From Octopus bimaculoides (Eukaryota), in NCBI RefSeq assembly GCF_001194135.2, contig NC_068986.1, positions 5,277,416-5,341,415 of the forward strand: 64,000 nt of DNA, read 5' to 3'. The notes under the pieces are model-generated. The model was not told the DNA's origin and ran no database searches. It saw only the letters and a program-made list of their open reading frames with translations. Below are positions 61,129-64,000 of this stretch, one piece after another (the first letter of the stretch is position 1; every line of letters starts with the position of its first letter). The translations under genes were made by a program, and so were the position numbers.

Positions 61129-62029
61129 GTAAGCTGCTTGTTGCTAGTTTCATCTTATTTTTCATTTTTATCATTCTTAACATCTTATCTCTGCCATCAA
61201 CTTCCACCGATTAATATATTCACCCCTACATACCTCTGAACTCCATCCCTGTCACTGTACATATCTCTCTCTTTCTCTCTCTCTCTCTCTTGCACATTCC
61301 TCCTTTACCCACGTCATCTTTCTACTCATCTATCTACAGTTTTATTATATTGCTACTTTGCACATTTTCTGTAATACCACTTATGACATTCTCTTGCCTT
61401 AGCTTCTTCTATTTTCTTTCACCTTTCTTATGAAACTCATATTCACCATTGAGAACCCTCTACTTTTCTTAACTATTCACTACATACCCCACTACCTCCA
61501 TCTCTAGCTATCTGTCAGTTTCTTCTAACACTTTTGCGAATTATCCCCCTATCCCCACCCTTCTTGATCCTCTGTGTCTATTCTCTTTTCTACTCATCTT
61601 TCTCTGTCTTGACAGTCCTGATACCTCATCACCATGTATCTTTCTTTCCAGCTACTTTCACCCACCTTTGCAGGCTAACCGTGTATCTTATCCACAGCAA
61701 GAAACCTGTCCCTGTCCTACTATCATGCTTTAACTTCTTAGTACCTGGCATAAAGCTACCTCCCTCCCTCTCTCCAACACCCAATCCCATTTAGTCAAGG
61801 GTGTGTTTTTGTCTGTTATGTGTTAGGTGCTGACCTAACTAGTACTTGTGCCACAAAAACAGCACCCAGTACACTCTGTAAAGTAGTTGGCATTAGATAG
61901 GGTGTCTAGCCATTGAATCTATACAAAAGCTGAGAGTGGAGCTCAGCACAATCTTCAAGTAGTCAAACAATCTAACCCGTGCCTGCATGGAAGACATCAA
62001 ATGATGATGACTGATATAAACACAAAAAT

Positions 62030-62290
62030 GTCTAAATTTCCTCCTCAAACTGTCTCACAGGAATTCCCAGCTGCCTTCTATGCCACAGGACTGTAGCTCC
62101 TCCTCCTTATTATCAGATTTCTTGGTAAGGATATCCTTAAATCTCTGACCATGCAAAGGGTTCTTAAGCTTCCAAGTCCTTCTTTTCCAGATTGGTCTGC
62201 TTTTGGGCATCCTTCTGGCCTCAAGTCTAAAGTCACAAACAGCTAGTCTATTCTTCACCAGGGGGTACATTCTTCACCAGGGAGGGTCTT
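62030..62290 (-). mobile_element. RTE LINE fragment (endonuclease-RT linker)
   Basis: RLAVCDFRL...RRTWKLK.P..GQRFKDIL...W.FL is typical of the region after the RTE APE domain. Confidence 0.65.
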
Positions 62291-62328
62291 TGTATTTAAG
62301 AGTAGCCATGCGTACTGCTGTCACTGTG

Positions 62329-62650
62329 ACCAGCATTTGTGAGGTTACCTCATAAATTGCTAGACAGAAAAGAATAAGAAAGAGGAAAACTCTCGTGATT
62401 AAATGTGTGTGTATAGGGGGGGATATTAGAGAGGAGGAGGTGACACCTGCACATAAATTTTTATTATAGTTGCTGTGTTATTTTATTCTTTTAAATTTAT
62501 TCAAGACGAAGTTAAGTATCTAGCTTAAAGAGAGCAGTCATTTCAATTTGTTTACCCCTAGTTTAATAGAGGCACAAACACAGATATCATCATCATCATT
62601 ATCGTTTAATGTCCGCCTTCCATACAGGCATGAGTTAGACAATTTGACAG
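62329..62650 (+). repeat. Direct repeat copy 1 (~320 bp)
   Basis: ACCAGCATTTGTGAGGTTACCTCATAAATTGC...GACAATTTG recurs at 63685-64000 with only scattered differences. Confidence 0.95.
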
Positions 62651-63289
62651 GAGCGGGCCAGGTAGAAGACTTCCCTTGGCCACTGAGTTTCTTTTGGCAG
62701 GGTTATTCAGCTAGATGCCCTTTCTAACACCAACCACTCTGCAGAGTTAACTGAGTGCTTTGTATGTGGCACCAGCACAAGCAAGGTTAGTTTTGGCATG
62801 ATTTTTACAGCTGGATGCCCTTTCAAATGCCAACCACTTTACAGTGTGGGCATAAACAAACATGTAGTAATAAAGGGATTTTTTGAATTTGACGGCCAGA
62901 TTTTTTAATTAATTTTTCTTAACTAAATACTTTGAAACTTCAGATACTGGTAGAATATTCACATAGAACAGAGTTTACTCTTAACGTTTTTGACAGAATT
63001 TTGTATTTTAGAAGGGAACTAGACATCCTCCTCTTAACAATACCAGATGAACCAACAGCCTGACATGAGGTGCTGATGAGGGCAGTGGTATCAAAATCCC
63101 TTATACACCAAAAGGCACATACAGGAGGGGTGATGTGAAATGCCCCAGGCTGAGAAAATCAGAAAGACCATGGTGGTGCTCCAGCATGACTGCAGCTGCA
63201 TGGATGACACAAGTAAAAGAATAAAAGAATAATACACACACACATACATATCTTTTTATACATGTACACACACGCAGACAAACACAGAC

Positions 63290-63292
63290 ACA

Positions 63293-63373
<81 letters not shown>
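63290..63373. repeat. (CA)n microsatellite
   Basis: Direct reading. Confidence 0.97.
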
Positions 63374-63374
<1 letters not shown>

Positions 63375-63377
<3 letters not shown>

Positions 63378-63585
63378 GCATCTTCCATATACAAAAGCTA
63401 GTTTCCCTCTTTACCTCCCTCTGATGTTGCTGCACCTTTTGTGTGTCCAAAGCTTACACTGGGTGCTTCTTATAGAGTTTCTACCTACACCTTTTCTACA
63501 GATTGAGCAGGGCCATATACCTGAAAGGATTTGTGAATTGTCTGCCTTCCTACTTACTAAGACTTTGTTTCTAGAAATAAATTTT
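63375..63585 (-). mobile_element. RTE LINE fragment containing the Cys-rich insert
   Basis: KVLVSRKAD...WPCSICRKGVGRNSIR.TQCKLWTHKRCSNIRGR. Confidence 0.85.
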
Positions 63586-63684
63586 TCAAAAATGATTGTT
63601 TCCATGTAACTTTTGAGATGGATGTAAGCTGCATAGCTGCGCCAAACGCCTTACAGTGTGTAGTGACTACGTTTTTTCAATGTC

Positions 63685-64000
63685 ACCAGCATTTGTGAGG
63701 TTACCTCATAAATTGCTAGACAGAAAAGAATAAGAAAGAGGAAAACTCTCGTGATTAAATGTGTGTGTGTGGGGAGGGGATATTTGAGAGAGGGCAGTGA
63801 CACGTACACATAAATTTTTATTATAGTTGCTGTGTTATTTTATTCTTTTAAATTTATTCAAAACGAAGTTAAGTATCTAGCTTAAAGAGAGCAGTCATTT
63901 CAGTTTGTTTACCCCTAGTTTAATAGAGGCACAAACACAGATATCATCATCATTATCGTTTAATGTCTGTCTTCCATACAGGCATGGGTTGGACAATTTG
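63685..64000 (+). repeat. Direct repeat copy 2 (runs off the window end)
   Basis: Near-identical to 62329-62650. Confidence 0.95.

Overview
AT-rich, repeat-dense eukaryotic genomic window with assembly gaps at about 734-833, 29180-29329, 44972-45567, 52403-53169, 56716-56725 and 57290-57299. The repeat repertoire (tRNA-headed SINEs, RTE LINEs with (ATG)n tails, Penelope-like elements) is recalled as typical of Octopus; the species is inferred, not proven. Three spliced genes on the + strand were reconstructed by hand with GT-AG junctions and consistent reading frames. (1) The 3' ten exons of a LONRF gene (TPR - linker - C3HC4 RING - LON substrate-binding domain), 2558-13375; its 5' part lies upstream of the window. 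(2) A complete three-exon SNAP29 (265 aa), 30706-44394. (3) The first four coding exons of ADAT3 (tRNA A34 deaminase subunit), 51146-61128, continuing beyond the window. The rest is transposon material: RTE LINE 3' ends, several SINE families, Penelope-like RT and GIY-YIG fragments, a Helitron RepHel fossil, hAT, piggyBac and Tc2/pogo-type non-autonomous elements, one clear and one probable solo LTR, a foldback element with an 8-bp TSD, and an isolated 28S rRNA fragment. No CRISPR array or prokaryotic system is present, and I found no clearly novel protein-coding system. The best leads are RNA-level and mobile-element features: hammerhead-like cores on Penelope-type sequences, an rRNA-repeat junction, a PHD-like finger inside the RTE reverse transcriptase, and inverted repeats that could be ADAR substrates.
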